From Longimicrobiales bacterium (GTDB taxonomy: Bacteria; Gemmatimonadota; Gemmatimonadetes; Longimicrobiales; Gaopeijiaceae): a stretch of 64,000 bases of DNA. The notes below the pieces were generated by a model, which saw only the letters and a program-made list of their open reading frames with translations, did no database searches and had not been told where the DNA came from. Shown in pieces: positions 62,349 through 64,000 of the stretch; the first letter of the stretch is position 1, and every line of letters starts with the position of its first letter. Location of the stretch: contig OZ250165.1 in NCBI GenBank assembly GCA_965238005.1, positions 1,056,001 to 1,120,000 on the forward strand. The letters run 5' to 3'. The position numbers were made by a program, and so were the translations under genes.

Positions 62349-62798
62349 CAGTACAGGTACCCGCGTCAGATATACAGCAGCATGCCAGCCTCCTCCGATC
62401 GATTGTCCGGATCATCGTGGGGATCGAATACGTCGTCGATGCTCAGGTCGAACTCCTCCCGATTCCGCATGATGTTGCCGACGTGGATGCCCACTCGCAC
62501 CGGAAAACGCGGGTCCTGGTGCAATCAATGCCCGTCGGACCGCGACCGCGCATCGTGACACATCCACAGATCTCTTCCATCCGCTAGCGTCCCGGTTCCG
62601 GACCGTCAGGATCGCCCTGCCCGCGTGCAGGAGAGCGTATCCCGGCCTTGCCCTCAGGGCCCTGATCGCCGCACGCGTCTCCCGCACTCCGCCGTCCACC
62701 CATTCCCATGCTGCCATCGGATCCCCTCCTCGCCGGGGCTCAAGCATTCGACAGGGGGCGGCGCCGGAGGGCCGCGGGCTGGCGGGCTTCATGAGCTA

Positions 62799-63338
62799 CT
62801 ACTCCTCGTCTCTGTAACGGCCGGGCGCCCGGTTGAACTCTTCCGATCCACCCTTTGGGATGCTCAGGGTCTTCCAGTCGTCTCCAGCGTAGTGCATGGC
62901 GAGCTGCACGATCTGTCCCACGTGATAGGCGTAGTGGGAGAGCTGGCGCACGATGGCGCGACTCACGGTGAACGGCTCGCCTCGGATGGTCACCGAAGTC
63001 AAGAGATGAGCGTCGGTGAGGTTATCGAGCTCCCCGAGGGTGAGATCCCAGGCGTCCTGCCATCGCTCCATGAGGGCTTCCCGCGTGTCTTCGTCGCCAA
63101 TGACGAACTCCGTGTCCCTGTGACGGTCCGGCTTTTCACCGTCCGTGGTCATGAAGTCCCGCCACCTCGAGCGCATGTTGCCGGCCATGTGCTTCACGAG
63201 GATCGCCGGGCTGTTGCTCTCCGGACCGAGCGACCAGAAGAAGTCCGCGTCGGAGACCTGGGCCAGGGCCCTCTCGGCCAACCGTTTCAGGCGACGGTAC
63301 TCAGTTCTGAGATCGTCCAGCGGGGTGGGATCGGACAT
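62799..63338 (-). CDS. DUF1572/DinB-family protein
   Basis: NS.AILVKHMAGNMRSRW.DF..DGEK..R.RDTEF; HYAYHVGQI. Confidence 0.88.
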   Translation of the reverse strand: MSDPTPLDDLRTEYRRLKRLAERALAQVSDADFFWSLGPESNSPAILVKHMAGNMRSRWRDFMTTDGEKPDRHRDTEFVIGDEDTREALMERWQDAWDLTLGELDNLTDAHLLTSVTIRGEPFTVSRAIVRQLSHYAYHVGQIVQLAMHYAGDDWKTLSIPKGGSEEFNRAPGRYRDEE

Positions 63339-63599
63339 GGCTCGCCGTCTCGTCGAGTGTGGAAACTTCACGGAGTGCTTCCCGTAGATCAGTCCGACGA
63401 AACAACGTCCACGAGACCGGAAACAGACATGATCGCAGTCGCCTATCTTGCCGTCCACCTGCTCGTCGGATCCGCCGTCCCGGCTCCTGTGGGACGGCCC
63501 GTCCTACGCGGGGGCTAGTAGGGCACCTCGGTTATCGACGCGACCGGTAGATGGGTGGGCCGGCCACGTACATGGGCGCTCGCCCCGTGCGGCGAACCC

Positions 63600-64000
63600 T
63601 CAGGCTGCGAACCACCCCCTGCGGTTCCCGAATGCGTAGACCGCTGCGCCTGTGGCGAGCGTGGCAAGAGCCGCGCCGGTAGGAAGGGGAGCTCCCAGGA
63701 GGCCGTTGATCCACGCGGCGATCGTCATCCCCAGAAAGATCAACGCCGGAAGCGGATGCAGGGGTGCGCGAAAGATCTCCGGTCCGATGCTCTCCACTCG
63801 GTCGGCACGTCCAGCCCGGCGCCGGAACACGAACAGCGTCGCCACGGTGAGCCCGTTGAAAAGCAGCAGGGACGACCCGATGTAGACGAGCAGGGTCTCG
63901 AAGGCGCCGGTCAGGGCCAGCGCTGCCGCCAGAACGCCTTGGGCCACGATGGCCACCACCGGCACCTGTCTCTGATCGGAGATGCGACCCAGGAGCCGTG
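63600..64000 (-). CDS. APC-family amino acid permease, C-terminal part (runs off the window)
   Basis: VPVVAIVAQ, FETLL.Y, LFVFRRR, FRAPLHP. Confidence 0.75.
   Translation of the reverse strand, partial: RLLGRISDQRQVPVVAIVAQGVLAAALALTGAFETLLVYIGSSLLLFNGLTVATLFVFRRRAGRADRVESIGPEIFRAPLHPLPALIFLGMTIAAWINGLLGAPLPTGAALATLATGAAVYAFGNRRGWFAA

Noticed and set aside
62412..62792. ORF resembling the N-terminus of a MacB-like ABC permease (IRALRARPGYA)
   Set aside because: Similarity is limited to a dozen residues; too weak to call

Overview
High-GC bacterial chromosomal window. The gene families present (Ig-repeat Ser/Thr kinase, choice-of-anchor B protein, TolB/TPR receptor-like protein, integrase type) suggest a Gemmatimonadota-like organism; this is inference. 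The left half (1-31 kb) is an accessory, decaying region. It holds two class III nucleotide cyclase fusions, an internally deleted IS110-family element that keeps both non-coding ends, two almost identical IS1182 copies in CTAG sites, and an IS21 without a target duplication. It also holds a rep-xis-int satellite/integrative-element remnant next to two tandem tRNA 3' fragments (Lys-CTT, Ile-GAT; att relics), an RCK K+ channel, partial hydroxyproline catabolism genes and a large Ig-repeat kinase. The right half is more housekeeping-like: DNA repair (radical SAM, Fpg/Nei), NnrE, PadR, sixA-ppk1, CHAD, pdxH, peptidases, cyanophycinase, KirBac, desaturase, HAD and MFS. The most notable hidden items are an in-frame UGA (UxxC) DUF3179 selenoprotein split by the ORF caller, the minimal IS110 element with a predicted circle-junction promoter and a donor-matching 10-mer, a 2Fe-2S/cyclase/Rieske fusion, and the stacked att relics. 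Many genes are frameshifted or deleted; some of these breaks may be sequencing errors. All calls come from motif recognition by eye; no database searches were run.
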